Source of the DNA: Adineta vaga
Taxonomy: Eukaryota; Animalia; Rotifera
Reading direction: 5' to 3'
Assembly (NCBI GenBank): GCA_021613535.1
Contig: CP075497.1
Coordinates: forward strand, 7,688,001-7,752,000
DNA length: 64,000 bases
Numbering within the stretch: position 1 is the first letter of the stretch; each line of letters starts with the position of its first letter. The position numbers and the translations under genes were made by a program. A model generated the notes under the pieces. The model was not told where the DNA came from and made no database searches. It worked only from the letters and a program-made list of their open reading frames with translations. Shown here piece after piece: positions 1 to 14,600 of this stretch.

Positions 1-1135
1 AACACTAAAGATAAAATAACCGACATAGTGTCTATTCAACAATCAAGGTCACATGAGAAATATACAGGTTTTGTTTCTTTACCTATAGTTCTCGATGTGC
101 GTGTCGAACAATAATATTATATATATATATATATATGAGTGTGTGTTTGCTCGTTTTTCATTTACAGAATAATTCAGTCCGTTTGTCAAATCTCTTGGGA
201 AAGGTGCAAATATCCCATCAATAAAGAAAGTCAATCGCAGCACTAAAAAATGATAGAATTCTCTTTTAATACACAATAGGAAGAAAAGGAATAAGAAAAA
301 AAATTAGAAACGAACGAACAAATGAACGAACGATAGATAAGCCATTACAGGGAACAACTTCTTTAAACGTTTTGTCTGCTCCTCTGGCTCTCTGGCGCTC
401 TCTCTCTCCACATCTTTCTTCTTCTATGAATGAATTGATGACTATTCTCGAGAAGAATAGTGTTTGATGAGGGCGAACAACAGAAATGTCTATTAGAAAA
501 GAAAAAAATAGGGGGGGGGGGAGAAGGGAGAGAGACAGAGACAAAGTCCACGATGCTTGTCTCTTGATAAATGATCATCATTACAGGCACATAAGCTAAA
601 AGAAAGCAAGTATTGTATTCACTATTCGTTTATTGTATATGATGTTTTCCAATGAGAAAAAGAAAATAAGAACTTGACCACTTTCATCTGCAAAGATCGA
701 ATGAGTGCGTGAAGAAAAACATTTGTAAAAAGATGGAGAAATATATCTGACATTACTGACAAATCTTCTCTTCCCTCGAATTAGATGGATAGATCTGTCA
801 AGCGCGTCTATCGTCTTTTGCCACATGAGAATCTACCATGAAGCGAATGAAGATTAATACTATCAGTATTTATAAATATATATAAATACATACTGAAAAA
901 AACTAATAGACAAAAATATTTTCCCTTTTTTGCCTTTCTCTCTCTCTCTCCTTCTCTTTCTCTCTCGCTTTCTTTTTCTCTGTCTATAGACTTCTATTGA
1001 GTAACGAGTACGTATTACAGATCAGGTAAATACAAAAATAATATGAAGAGAAAAGAAAAAATACAAACATTTGATTTAATTGCTGAGATAGATTTATCTA
1101 TTCTAGACAATTTCTTTTCCTCTATTGTTATATGT

Positions 1136-3221
1136 ATGATCGAAGATCTTTCATACTTATATTTTAACGATTCGGTCATAATTCATAATTTGACCAATTA
1201 TGGTGTTCAAGAATCATCCGTGGCTATCTTTCCACCAACAGATTCAATTGATTCTTCACATCCTTATCCAGTACAATTTAACATAATACTTGCTATTATG
1301 GGTACATTTATTTCATTACTAACTGTATGTGGAAATGTACTTGTACTTCTATCATTTTTTGTCGATCGACAAATACGTCAACCAACAAATTATTTCATAT
1401 TTTCGTTGGCTGTAAGTGATTTTCTCATTGGATTTGTTTCGATGCCATTTTTAACATTAGCAATATATAAGAATAAATGGGTGCTCGGATCATTCTTATG
1501 CGATATCTGGTTATCATTAGATTATACTATCTGTTTAGCGTCCATTTATACAGTACTTTTAATTACCGTTGATCGTTTTTGTTCAGTTAAAATTCCTGCA
1601 AAATATCGTAATTGGAGAACAGAAAAACGAATTATTTCTCTGGTGCTTTTAACATGGCTTGTTCCTGCAGTTATTTTCTTTGCTTCAACTATGGGTTATC
1701 CATTATTTAGTAAGAGACCAAATCTAAGTAAAATTGATCTACAATGCGAGTAAGAAACGAAAAATGAAAGAAACGAAAAATAGAAATGAAATATTTCTTC
1801 TATTGTAGTGTACAATGGAATAAAAATCCTTATTTTAATCTTGGTTCGTTTATTTGCTGATGAAAATATCAAATTTTAAATCATGAAAATATTTCTTTTA
1901 GGTCTTACAATTGGCTATTTTTGGGTGACACTTTTAGTAATGTTTACACTTTACTTTTTTATCTATCAAGTTGCAAGTGCACTTGAAAAACGTTCACAAG
2001 CAAATGCACAGAAAGTTTCGAATCTTATTGGTATATCATCATCGGCGATGACAAATTTTATGCTCAATATGTCGAAAAATCATCAACCTCATCAGACTAC
2101 ACTATCATTGGCATCAAAGAAGAAGAAAACACAACAATTACAATCAAATTCATCATCATTATCGAAACGGCCAAGTATTGATGATGATATAGGAAGTTCA
2201 CTTATCAATGACAATAATAATACAACTACTCATATGAGAGAAAATGGACTTGATCCGACTAATCGTTCATCATCGAATGAAACAAGTGGTGAACATACTC
2301 CGACAGCAGTTGTAGCACCTAATATTACAAATTTACTTGCATTAACAAAAATTGCAAATGATTCAGTTAAACAAGTTGATGAAACTAGAACACTTTTATC
2401 AAGTATGCAAATTAAAAGCACATCACCAGTGACGACGACGGCAACAACAACAACTTCAACAATAAAAAAATCCAGCGGAAGAAGTGCCGGTGGTGGCAGT
2501 GGTAGTAGTAGTAAAGCAAGAAAAGCATTGCGTACGATTACTGTTATTATGGGAGCATTTGTTCTCTGTTGGACACCGGTTAGTATGGATTTAGATGTGT
2601 AAAAGATTCTCTACTTATTGGATCTTGATCAATGTATCTTGAAGGAAATTTTCGAAAGATAATATAAAAAAATTAAAGGATAAAAAGAAAGTACTGTAGA
2701 TCATTATGACCGCCGTAAGCCATTCAGATTTGTGATTATTGATGCACGTAATTCCGTTTTATCAAACTGATTCTTGAGGCTATTTACATAATTATCTTCA
2801 CCTTTCTTCCAAATCAAATGACATTAGTTTCTTATGATACATTCATCTATCGTCTATAGTTTGATTGTTATACTTGTTTTTTCCTTTTCTTTTCTCGGTA
2901 CTCATGAGACATGCTATTTTTACATTTTTATTAATATTTACATTTGTAATTAGATGATGAAAACAAAATGACTAACATTGAAACAAATTATCTAACTATA
3001 TACATTCTTTTTTCTACTTCTAGTGGCATATTCATACAATAATTCAAACATTTTGTCGGACATGCCGTGAAAGTATTGTGTTTAACACATATTTATTTCA
3101 TGCTTGTTATTATCTTTGCTACTTAAATAGTCCAATAAATCCATTTTGTTATGCACTAGCAAATCGACAATTCAAAAAAACATATAAACGTTTATTAAAA
3201 TTCGATTTTCGGAAATTGTAA
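1136..3221 (+). CDS. Muscarinic acetylcholine receptor-like class A GPCR (invertebrate mAChR-B/GAR-like), 4 coding exons
   Basis: TM1 GNVLV, TM2 SLAVSD, TM3 WLSLDY (D3.32) and DRF, TM5 GYFW, long Ser/Thr-rich IL3 ending KARKALRTI, TM6 CWTP, TM7 NSPINPFCY. Introns about 1750-1808, 1844-1901 and 2579-3024. Stop TAA 3219-3221. Confidence 0.9.
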
Positions 3222-3562
3222 TATATTTGTTTTAAGGGGTGCGTGTGTGAAATTTGTTTCGTTTAGTCAGTTGATTTTCAGATTGTATACTTTTCGATTT
3301 CTTCTCCTTTCTTTCTCTTTTTTTTATGCAAATGTGAACATGGAAATAAATATTGATACATATGCATAATAGTTATTGTTTATCATTAAAAAAAGTTTGT
3401 AATTATGAAAATATCAATAGCTTTTTCCGTAATTCAACGATTTTCTTACATCTTATAATATGCTTGCAGTTGACTGATTGTTGTATATGTATAAGGTGTC
3501 ACGAATCTAAAAAAACGAATTATCCATATCGAAGATCATGATTGAATTTGTACGCGTCGTTA

Positions 3563-3649
3563 ATTTGGTTGTACATCCACCTGTGAGTTCGAGTTTATAT
3601 AAAATAATCCGAATGAACTCGAACGCAGAGGTGATTTACATAACCAAAT
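3563..3649. repeat. Imperfect inverted repeat / long hairpin
   Basis: ATTTGGTT..CACCTGTGAGTTCGAGTTTAT pairs with ATGAACTCGAACGCAGAGGTG..AACCAAAT around a loop of about 14 nt. Confidence 0.7.
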
Positions 3650-4419
3650 CGATATACATTTTTCTTTTGTTGAACGAATTTAAAAAATAAAATAAAAATA
3701 TAAACATTTTTATATCGACTAATACAAATTGTATTTCAAATAATACTAAAAGTTTGTTTCGAATATTCATCCATGAATCTATGTGAAACTACTTACTTAC
3801 CCGATAAATTTCACAAACGTGTACTGCCATATTCGAATGTGGTTGAACATGAAATGATGGATAGATTTTTGATCATTGAGTGAACTCTTTTTCTCTCTGT
3901 CTCTCTCTTTCGAGAAAAGAGAGAAAGAAGAATTTGAAATGTTTGGTGTTTCACTAAGTATCAATAGATCTGATTATTGGACGTATATATTCAATCATCC
4001 ATTCATCTTGTTTGTATTTTCTTTCTTTCTTTTGTCTTTTTCGTATTTCTATTCGTTTCATAAATGATTCAGTATGAGGATATAACCGAACAAAACTATG
4101 TCCTCATTTCGAGACGATATAAAATACATTTCTTTCGTGTTTATTTGTTCGATCGATGAACATTATTTTTTGATTTTTGAATAGAAAAAAGAAAGAAGAT
4201 ATACATGTTCCATGATAATGAACATTGAATTAATGAAAACTATACAATCGACACCTTGATCTAAAGTGAATATCGTATTAATGTACAGAGTTTGTTCTGA
4301 TCTAGAATGCAGACAATTTCTTAACATGCTATAGCCATCATTCTTGTAATTTTCTTTTCAATGAATGAATCACTTTTCATATTTTACTAAGCAATAAAAA
4401 AAAGGGAAATATAATCTAC

Positions 4420-7016
4420 TCAAAATTGAGTAACTTCCAATTCATAATCTTCATTATTATTATTGTTATTATTATTTATGCTGTTTTGTCCTCCACGAAT
4501 ACTGATCACCACACGATTGTCCATATGTTGTTCAATATCATATTGATCATTTGTATTATTTAATGAAGTAAAATAACATGGATTTGAAAGTGCATTTATT
4601 GATGATTTACTCGATTGTAATTGAATGATTTCTGGTCGAGAATGAATAGTGACACTTTTATTAGAATTTGCTGATTGTGATGGTTGTGATCGTAAAATCG
4701 TTTTTGGTGTTGGTGATGATAGATCATTCAAAGTTGATGTCATTGCTGTATTTGTTCGTGGTTCACGTGGAAAAGCGATTGTATTTGAATCAATCATATA
4801 ATGTTGTTGAGATGTTGGTGGTAGTTGATCATCAATGGCATTTGATATCGAACGTTTCATTGATTGTAAATCAGTGAGTGAATCAGGTAAATCATAGAGA
4901 ATTGTTTCAGGTAATGGAAATATTAAACAACAACTCAGACATAAAATACCACCAGAAATAAATAAAAGTAATGAACGATCAATGAAGAACTAAATAAATT
5001 AGAGAGAATTAAAAGAATTCTATTTCATTTGACAAATATAACGTACGTAGAGAAGAAATTCTACAAGAATTTTCGGTATTACTTCGCCTATTAATCCAAT
5101 TGCTAAACCAGTTGCTCTAAAAGATAATAACAAACGTTTTAATAATATTGATTAACAAAAACTTACCGAACTGATGTTGGATAAAGTTCAGTAGTATATA
5201 AAATCAATAGGCAATAGCAAGTACGTAAACAGATTCGAGCAAGAAGAGAAAATGTAATTTCTACCCAAAGATGTCCTTTAGAAAAGAAATAGAAGATTAT
5301 AGAAAAAGAACGAGTATTGCCTTATGTTCCCTTTTTATCTACCTGTTCCAAGTAATGTAATTGCTAAAGAAACGGACGAAAGACCACTAATCAAACAAAC
5401 GGCAGCTAATGGAGGTCGACGTCCAAATCTATAAAAAAAATAGATGTATTTATTCGTATCAAAGCTTATTATTACATACTTGTAAGCAGCGATCAAAGCG
5501 AGAATAAACGAAAAGAATTCAACTGCATTCATCAGAACATAGTTCATTGTTGGATGTGGAAGAACCGATGGAAAAAATGTACATCGATAACAAAAGGATG
5601 AAATAAACCTAGAATTTTCAATCATAAAAATACCACATAAGACAAATCGAAAATTTCATCAAACCAAAGAATAAATAGACAACCAGATATTGTTCGTAAT
5701 TGTTGTTCAGTGATTAGACATAGTATAGAACCTTTTTGAGAACGTAATGATTCTTGTGAAACAACTGGTTTATCATAGATAACTGTTGTGGGTGTGGGTG
5801 AACCAACTTTATTTAAACCTATCGATGAAGATTGTTTTGCAGAACAGAATTGTAAAAGTTTATTGACACGTGAAACACGATGACTATTTAAATACCATCG
5901 TCGAGATTCTGGTATTAACCTAAAATTGATCAGGATATAGAGAACGATATTTTTCGAATAGAAAAGTTTCTTTTTTTCATTTACCATGGATAACAAAGAG
6001 TCAACGTGGTGATCAGTGTACCTGAATCAGTAACCATATGGAATAGTGTGAACAAAAGAAATTAAGTCATACCTAATAATTGCATATGACGCCAATCGAG
6101 TATGAAAAAATAAGTTACACCAATGATAATTCCAAAGATAGGAAGTGATGCCAGAAGAAGACAACCAATTTGTGCTCGATGTGTATATTCACATGATTCA
6201 ATAACCATAATAAAACCAAGTAAGAGAAGACCCTACATTTAATCAATATATTAATTCTTGATCGATACAAAGAGATATAAATACTTCATTTAAAAATCCT
6301 ACAGGCCAACGAAGAATAAGAAATAAAGAATAAGTAGTTGTAAATGCAGCCAATGATCCAAAAAGCTGAAGAGGAGAAGAGAAACTTATTTGAATAAAAA
6401 AATCGACTTCATCAAGTACATACCACCGGAATGTAAAGGCACATCAAAAGCATGAGTTTTCGTCCATATAGATCAGCAAGAATGCCGACAATGAGTACAC
6501 CAAGAATTTCTGCGATATAAAATGAAATTGAACCTAACATCAATTTTTTTTGATTTTCTCTTCCACATGTCAAATGCCACTATTAAAATAACAGATTTCG
6601 CAAAAGTTTTCGATAAGCTTCGAAGAAAAATATATGATACTTACTTCATCAATAATTGTTGCTTTTCGCGTTTCGAAATCATTCAAATTTCCTAGCCATT
6701 CTTGACAAAATGCTATTGAACGTTTATCAGTTACCGTTCCATTCAATATTCCATTACATGGACAACATTCCGATCGATTCAAAGTTTTTGAAGATATCGC
6801 TAGTAATGGTTTTAATGTTATATTATTCGTTGTCCCAAAGAGAAAGGTATTGTTTCCTGTCGAACAATTAACAGATTTAAATGGTTGTGTATAAAGTGAC
6901 CAAATATTCGAATGAAATGTAAATGGAAGATAAACACCACATATAAAAGCGATACTTGCAAATTGAAAACGATATATTGTGGAACAATCTTTTGTGATGC
7001 AATCGTCCAATTCCAT
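4420..7016 (-). CDS. SLC22 organic cation/carnitine transporter family (MFS), multi-exon
   Basis: Cys-rich first loop ending TIIDEWHL, ADLYGRK, PESRRW, RFGRRP, YTTELYPTSVR and PETILYDLPDSL motifs across spliced exons. Confidence 0.85.
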
Positions 7017-7824
7017 TGTCAATTGTATGACACTACTTGTTCTCGTCTTCTTGTTGACGAGTAAACAAAACAAATAATGTATTTCCTTCTTCTTTTTCTC
7101 TTCCGTTCTTTTCTTTTTCGTACGTTCGTTCGCCCGTTTATGCCGTAAACTAATTGCTATTTGGTCTGATTAACATTTTTCGTTGGTCACTATTACTCTT
7201 ACTGCACCATCCAAATAAAGGATTACTCGTTGACGACAACATATCGTCTCAATTCTTCGTTCGATAACATGTAAATAAGACATATAATAGATAATGAGCT
7301 ATGTTTATCATTTATCCGTTTTTCTAATACGAAAACTGTTTGAAAAAAGGATCAGCGATCATTAAAAATATATCCTTGTCGTATTGCATACCAGGAACGA
7401 TAGATATTTGCTGGAAATGACACTAATCATAAGAATTGAATAAGATATTCATAAGTCAATAGTACATTTGTTCTTTGTTAGCGATAATTTTGCATGTAGA
7501 AGTAGGAATTTTGAAATACAATAATAATAAAAGTATTTATGAGAAACAAAATTTTGTGCTTGTTCTTTTTTATTGTATCAAAAATAAAATATCCTTCCTT
7601 TTGCACAGTAGTAGATGTAATTAGTATTCACATATTCTTTATTGTTATGTACGCAAGATCGAAAGTGACTTTTCAATGTAAGAAAAGTAGTTCTGTTCAT
7701 TTAGATTCATTCATATGTATTCTAGATAATGCAAATGTATTTATATCATGTTTAACTAATAACAATTGAACAAAAAAGAAAAACAATGCTAGAATCAATA
7801 GATTCTAATAATTCTATGATATTA

Positions 7825-8730
7825 TCAAAGAGCAATAGTTTCTGTTGCTATGAATGGTTTTACTGTTGTTTGTTCTAGTTTATCTTTCTCGTCTGTCGTT
7901 GTATCTAACCATACTGTTCCTTGGACAGTTTTTCTTCGACTAAAAGATCGTGCTAAAACATTCATTGGAGTTTCATTAAGAATTTTCTTCGAGATTTCTT
8001 CATTAAAACCGAATAATTGTACGATTTCCATGAGATCATGTGGTGAACGAATTTGTAAGGAATTCATTGCATTTGAACTGAGTACAATCGATTGTCCACG
8101 TTTGAAAATATTCATCGCAAGAAGACGACCGAATGCTAATAGATTTCTTCGTTCGAATGAATCGCGCAATGCATTACTATAGATCAATTCAAATGTAATA
8201 CCACGTTCAGCTGCTGCACGCATTAATTTTGATGGAAATGGAAGAAGTTCAGGATCACTTGGATCGAGTACAAGCAATTCATGTTGTATAGTTGTAGAAT
8301 TAAGTAAATAAAGTAGTATATCACGTGAAGCTGGTTGTAAGGAGATAATATCGAAATATTGTTGAACTTCTGCACGTTTTAAATAATGTAATGATTGATT
8401 ATCATGTACAATAACATTCAAACGAGAATAAAGACGAAATTGACGATTTGTTTGACGGCATCGTTGAATAATTAAATCAGGTATACGAGCAATATAAGGT
8501 TTTGGACATGTCCAAGACGATGATGCAATAGGTTTATCTTCTGTTTCATTTAGTTTTTGTTTCTTTTTTTTCGATGATGCTGATGAATTTGTTGTTGACA
8601 CCCGTAGATTATCTGTTTGACAGAGAACAACTCGGTCGTAACGAAGATCAAAACAAGAAATTAATATTTTTGATAGAATTGTTTCGGTAGTATTTGAATC
8701 AACTGGAATACGAAGTTCACAAAAAGGCAT
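7825..8730 (-). CDS. RPP30: Ribonuclease P/MRP subunit p30, intronless CDS
   Basis: 301-aa ORF with YSRLNV, FDIISLQP, RGITFELIYS..RRN and IVLSSNA..IRSPHD motifs of the RNase_P_p30 family. Confidence 0.88.
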   Translation of the reverse strand: MPFCELRIPVDSNTTETILSKILISCFDLRYDRVVLCQTDNLRVSTTNSSASSKKKKQKLNETEDKPIASSSWTCPKPYIARIPDLIIQRCRQTNRQFRLYSRLNVIVHDNQSLHYLKRAEVQQYFDIISLQPASRDILLYLLNSTTIQHELLVLDPSDPELLPFPSKLMRAAAERGITFELIYSNALRDSFERRNLLAFGRLLAMNIFKRGQSIVLSSNAMNSLQIRSPHDLMEIVQLFGFNEEISKKILNETPMNVLARSFSRRKTVQGTVWLDTTTDEKDKLEQTTVKPFIATETIAL

Positions 8731-11608
8731 TTTGATAAAATATCCTAAAAATAATTTTCATATAGAAATAGAAAATGTTATATGATGATTTTCGTATTGG
8801 TTTTAATTGTCGATAATGATTCTTCCAATCATAAACGGTTGTAAAATTCACTTATGCACATCATATGAAACTAAATATTGAAATATAAAATTTACAAAAA
8901 AAGTTTAAAAGAAGGATAAATTCAAAGTGTTCCATATGCTTCTGATCATAGAAAGCAAATCCATATCATTATTTTCCCATTGGTAACTGATAATTTTGCT
9001 ATATAACCTTGTAAAATCACAATACTATCTGTTTCGAAAGATTTTAGCTCTAATAATCAAACAGGTACATTTTCCTACTAAAAGTATAATTCAGTAAAGG
9101 AAACACTGATCATTTTCCATAAAATCAATTGAACTTTTTCTGCTATGTTAGCGACATCTTTAGCATCATTGTGAATTCCATGAGTATATAGTGTGATTCT
9201 AGTTTTTACTTATGATTATGAGTTCAAATACATTGTTGGGATCAACTATTTTTATAGTATAATATTTCTTTTGAAATTGTCAAAGACGATGAATATAAGG
9301 TAAACAAGAAGAATGCACTTAATGTTAAACGTTCTTTGTTCATTGAAAAAGAATTTCAAAAGACTAGAGACGAAATAAATTACACGAAATAATCTCGATA
9401 TAGTCTTTGATGAAATGTCAGCTTTGATGCTATCAAAGAGACTCTATATGCTTATATAGACTGTTTACATATTGTTTGTAATGCTCTCTCTATAAATCCT
9501 TGCCATCATCTCATACAAGATTTGAACTATATTTAATTTAAACTGTTAGACTTGATTAACGAAAACATATCAAGATTTGTTGATGTAGAGCTTTCGTTTC
9601 TTTACACCAAAATCCTTGCTTATAGTCACTGAATATTCGTAGTACAACTAATGTACTGATGATCATTGCTTCACTTTATAACTGCAATTTATTCAACATA
9701 CAAACGATAATTTGGCGACATCTCTTTCTTTATTCGAAAGAATTGCATCCTTGCTACCAAGATTTGTACTTGATTTCCAAACTTAAAATAAACTATCGAT
9801 ACAAATAGGTAGGAATGATCTAGTATAAAAGCAAAATACAATCTCGAAACATTCTTTTTCTCATGTACATAATCTTTTTCAATCAATGGCACACTACAGC
9901 TGTCTTCTTTTTCACTTATTCATTCTTTGAAAAAGAACATCGAGAAGCATTAGTTCTATGTAGAAGGTCGACATCGATCGTTGATCTGTTTTTGATGTGT
10001 CAATTGAGACGATGAAGTGCTTGCCGTCTTTATTTCTTTCGTTTTCTCCCTCCCTCTTTCCCTCATTTTTTACTTTTGGACATTGTGTAGTAAACATTGC
10101 TTTGTAGACATTAGAACAAATTGAAGAGTAAGTAAGATGAAAATAGTCTGACATGCAAGTTGACAGATCAGATGATAAAACCTGTTCGTGATCGTGACGC
10201 TGTCTGCACTATTTGTCTGAATAAAAAGAAACGTCCATTCGCTCTTCCTTTTCTCTTTTTTTCTTTCATTTACCTGAGCCTAGTACAAGAATAATAATAG
10301 AAGAAGAAGAAGAAGAAGAAGAAGAAGGAAAAAACGAGCAAAGAGACAGCATAAAGGCGAGTCTCGTGCAACAGCGATTACATTTGGTCAGCTATTGCTC
10401 TCTGGTCAGACAAAGAACGCAAAACGAACACACATACATATGTATGCAAGAGAAGAGAGAAGATTTTATTCAAACAAAAAAAAAACATTATAGAGTGTTC
10501 GCGAAAAGAAAAGAAGAAGAAGAAGAGAACCACTCCTTGCAGTTGGCTACCTTTTTACCGATCGGGCATGCGAGCATATACGTACCTAAAAGAAAATATT
10601 CTATATAATTACTAGTTGTTCATAGACTACTTCTTGGTTTTTGAATCACTTTCTTTTCATTTTTGTTTTGTTTTTATCAACACCTATGTTCATATGTTCA
10701 TTTTATGTTTTAGATTTATGCTGAATGGTGAGCGTATCGAAAGTAAGTTAATGATTTGAAATAAGTTCGTTTTCTACTTGAATTATATATCGTTTCGATA
10801 GTTGGTAATCTCTAAATCATATCCAATATATTCCACCTTGATTTACAATAGAATATCTCCCATATTTTATTAGATCTTACATCATCCATCCAGTTGTCTA
10901 TGCGTAAAGAATTGATCTCTTAGCAAACTATGTGTCGTTGTCGACGACTATGTTCGCTTGCTGACGTGTGCTCATTCTCTAAATTTCTCGTCTTCCTCCT
11001 TTTCTCGTATGTATATATTGATGTTCACTGTTGATCGAGATTTATTCACACACACACATACACGCACAGAGATGTGTAATGAAAAAAATATCTTCCTAGA
11101 AAAAAATGAACATCATTTAACAATAAACATTGGTCAATCTTGATCCTAATATTTGTTTGACGGCGGTTAGTCAAGAGATCAAGGAAAGACCGAGTCATTT
11201 TCTTTGTCGTTTTATGCTTCTTGTTATTATTATTATTATTTGTTTCGAATTTGCGTGCTAATGAGTATGTAGTAAAAACTATTCGAACAAGATAAAGTCT
11301 TTCTTTTTAATCATCAATCATAAACGATTATGATGATGGATATAAAATGGGAGACGACACGCTCTAGTCAAAGAGAGAGAGAGAATGTCAATAGATGAAG
11401 ATATACGTATATCATAATTCAGCTTGAATAATACTCTCCCTCTCTTTCTCTATATGTATGCATAGTGGGCAGGACCTATGATTTTCAATAAGTATACATA
11501 TACACGCGTTTGCTTACTTTCGTATATAAGATGAGTAAACAAATGAGAATATGATGATGATGATTATCGTTAAATCGTATAGATTGAATTAAAACGAACA
11601 GAAAAGTC

Positions 11609-14600
11609 ATGCCATCGATACCGATAAGCAACTATATTCTACAGGTCGAAGAAATTTAATAATCTGAATCGATTTTCGACTATATATTTTTGTGTTCTTT
11701 TTTTTTCAGGGTGATCATGTGTGGGTCGATCAACGAACCGGCAGCGAGTTCAATGTCGAAATTGGTGCTCGTGTGGTCGCTACGCAAGCCGGACAAATCG
11801 TGTTAATTGATGATAATGATCAAGTATTCATACGTTTGATATCTCAAAATTTTGTTTTAAATATTCTCTTTTTCAGGAAATTCATTTCCCTATTCAAACA
11901 AAATTTCGTTCAATGCATATCAGTTCAGTCGAAGGTGTAGATGATATGATTTTATTAGGCGATTTAAAAGAATCTGCTATACTTCATAATCTTCATATGC
12001 GTTACAAAGAAGCCAAAATTTATGTAAGTTAATTTATATTTTTTGCCTTCGAAAGCTAACTACATTCTTTTACGTATATTTCAGACCTATACTGGATCGA
12101 TTTTAGTGGCTGTTAATCCGTATAAACTATTAAATATCTATAATATTGAGAATATTCGTCAATATTCCAATAAAAAGATAGGTGAATTACCACCACATAT
12201 ATTTGCTATTGGTGATAATGCTTATTGGAGTATACAACGTTATCAACATGATCAATGTATTATAATCAGTGGTGAAAGTGGTAGTGGAAAAACTGAATCA
12301 ACAAAATTAATTTTACAATTTTTGGCAGCAACTAGTGGACAACATTCATGGATTGAACAACAAATTCTCGATGCGAATCCAATTCTAGAAGGTTAGAAAA
12401 AGAAAAGGAAAATAAGAATGAATAAGAAATTCGTTTTTAGCTTTTGGAAATGCAAAAACTGTTCGTAATGATAATTCATCACGTTTTGGCAAATATATTG
12501 ATATTCATTTTGATAAACGAGGTGCTATTGAAGGTGCTAAAATTGAACAATATTTATTAGAAAAATCTCGAATTGTTTCTCAAGTTCGTATATTTTCTCA
12601 TTTAATCAATACAAACTTTAAAAAAAAATAATGATTTTCTAGGCTCGTGATGAACGAAATTATCATGTATTCTATTGTATGTTAGCTGGAATGTCTAAAG
12701 AAGAGAAACATACATTAGATTTAACTAATGCGAGTGATTATATTTATCTCAATCAAGTATAATGAAAAGAGAGAGAGAAGGCAAGAGTTTTATTTAATTA
12801 ATTGTATTTTTAGCTTGATGGAACAATTTATTGTGATAGTCGAGATGATGGAAAAGAATGGTCAACAATAAAAAGTGCTTGTAAAGTGTTAATGTTTAGT
12901 GATGAAGAATTAAATGATATTCTCCGATTATTATCAGCTGTTTTAAATTTGGGAAATTTGAAATTTCAAGGTAAATTAAAATGAAAAAATGATCATTGAA
13001 AAATAGCCAAGATATCTTGCATTTTAGCAACAACAACACAAAATATGGATACTTGTACAGTAGCGAATATAAATGTTCTTCGAATTGTTTCGAAATTATT
13101 AAAAGTAAAGATAGATTAATTGATTAGTTTTTGTTTATTCTAATGTTGAATTTTTATAGCTTGATGAAAATGGTCTTCGCGATGGACTATTAAAACGAAC
13201 AATTTTTGCTCATGGTGAAGCCGTTGTCACTCCACTTAGTCAACAACAAGCATTTGATGTTCGGTATGATGATGATGATGATTCGATCATTAAATGTATT
13301 ATTTCCTTTTGAATTTAGTGATGCATTTGTCAAAGGAATCTATGGTAAAATGTTTATTTGGATTGTGGATAAGATTAATTCAGCTATATTTAAACCAAAA
13401 GATCCATCAGTATATCGAAAGAGGTAAATGAAAAGTTCTCATGCGTATCGACTTACGAAATTTAAAGCTACATAAAACCTTCGATGAAACTGTACAGTTA
13501 CATATACATAGATGTATATTGTCAACTTATATTTTAATGGATGTTAAAATAAAGTATTCATTATGAGACAAGTCGATTGAACTTTCGAAAAGATCATAAA
13601 ATGCATGAAGAGATATATAAGTGAAGTGTAGACATATCAATTAAATGAACACGTCTCATTTTGAAATACTTCAATTGTCATTCAAAATCAAATTAGATAA
13701 TAGATTTTGATTTAATCATTAATATGAAATAGAATATAATTTAATTCTGTTTAGTCTCGGTATTTTGGATATATTTGGTTTTGAAAATTTTCAACAGAAT
13801 AGTTTTGAACAACTCTGTATTAATTATGCAAATGAAAATCTTCAACAATTTTTTGTTCATCATATATTCAAACTTGAACAAGAAGAATATGATAATGAAC
13901 ATATTAATTGGAAACATATTGCATTTGAAGATAATCAACGTATACTTGATTTAATTGCAATTAAATCAATGAATGTTATTGCTTTAATCGATGAAGAAAG
14001 TCGATTTCCAAAAGGTACAGATCGTTCATTATGTGATAAACTTCATGCAAATCATTCGAAAAATGAAAATTTTATTCCAAGAAAAACCGATAATATTATC
14101 AGTTTTGGTATTCGACATTTTGCTGGCAATGTCTATTATGATTGTGAAAGTACGTAGGAAACTATTTATCCTGATTTTCATACGAATCCATATTCTTTTG
14201 TTTTTTGGTAATTATAGATTTTCTTGAGAAAAATCGTGATACATTCAGTCAAGATTTAATGAAATTATTACAAGAAACGAAAAGTAAATTCCTTCGAAAT
14301 TTATTCTTAAATGAATTTCAAATTGGTACGGAAACACGGAAACGTGCACCATCACTTGGTACACAATTTAAGAAATCGTTAGATTCGTTAATGAGTATTC
14401 TATCTGCATGTCAACCATTTTTTATTCGTTGTATCAAACCAAATGAATACAAAACACCGGATGTAAGTTCATTTTGTTTCTCACACTTTGATTTTCGAAT
14501 TTTATCTATTGATCGTTTTCTTTAGAATTTCGATCGAGCATTAGTTTGCCGTCAATTGCGTTATTCAGGAATGATGGAAACAATAAGTATCCGTAGAAAA

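Noticed and set aside
79-826. Short minus-strand ORFs
   Set aside because: Low-complexity GA/TA-repeat-derived peptides, more like UTR or promoter sequence of a gene outside the window.
8900-9200. Coding-like minus-strand stretch (ITLYTHGIHNDAKDVANIAEK)
   Set aside because: Multiple stops and no recognisable family, so it cannot be supported as a pseudogene.
10713-10750. Possible alternative first coding exon of myosin VIIa (ATGCTGAAT..GTAAGT)
   Set aside because: Both available donors are phase 1, whereas the next exon starts in phase 0. It is more likely a 5'UTR exon.
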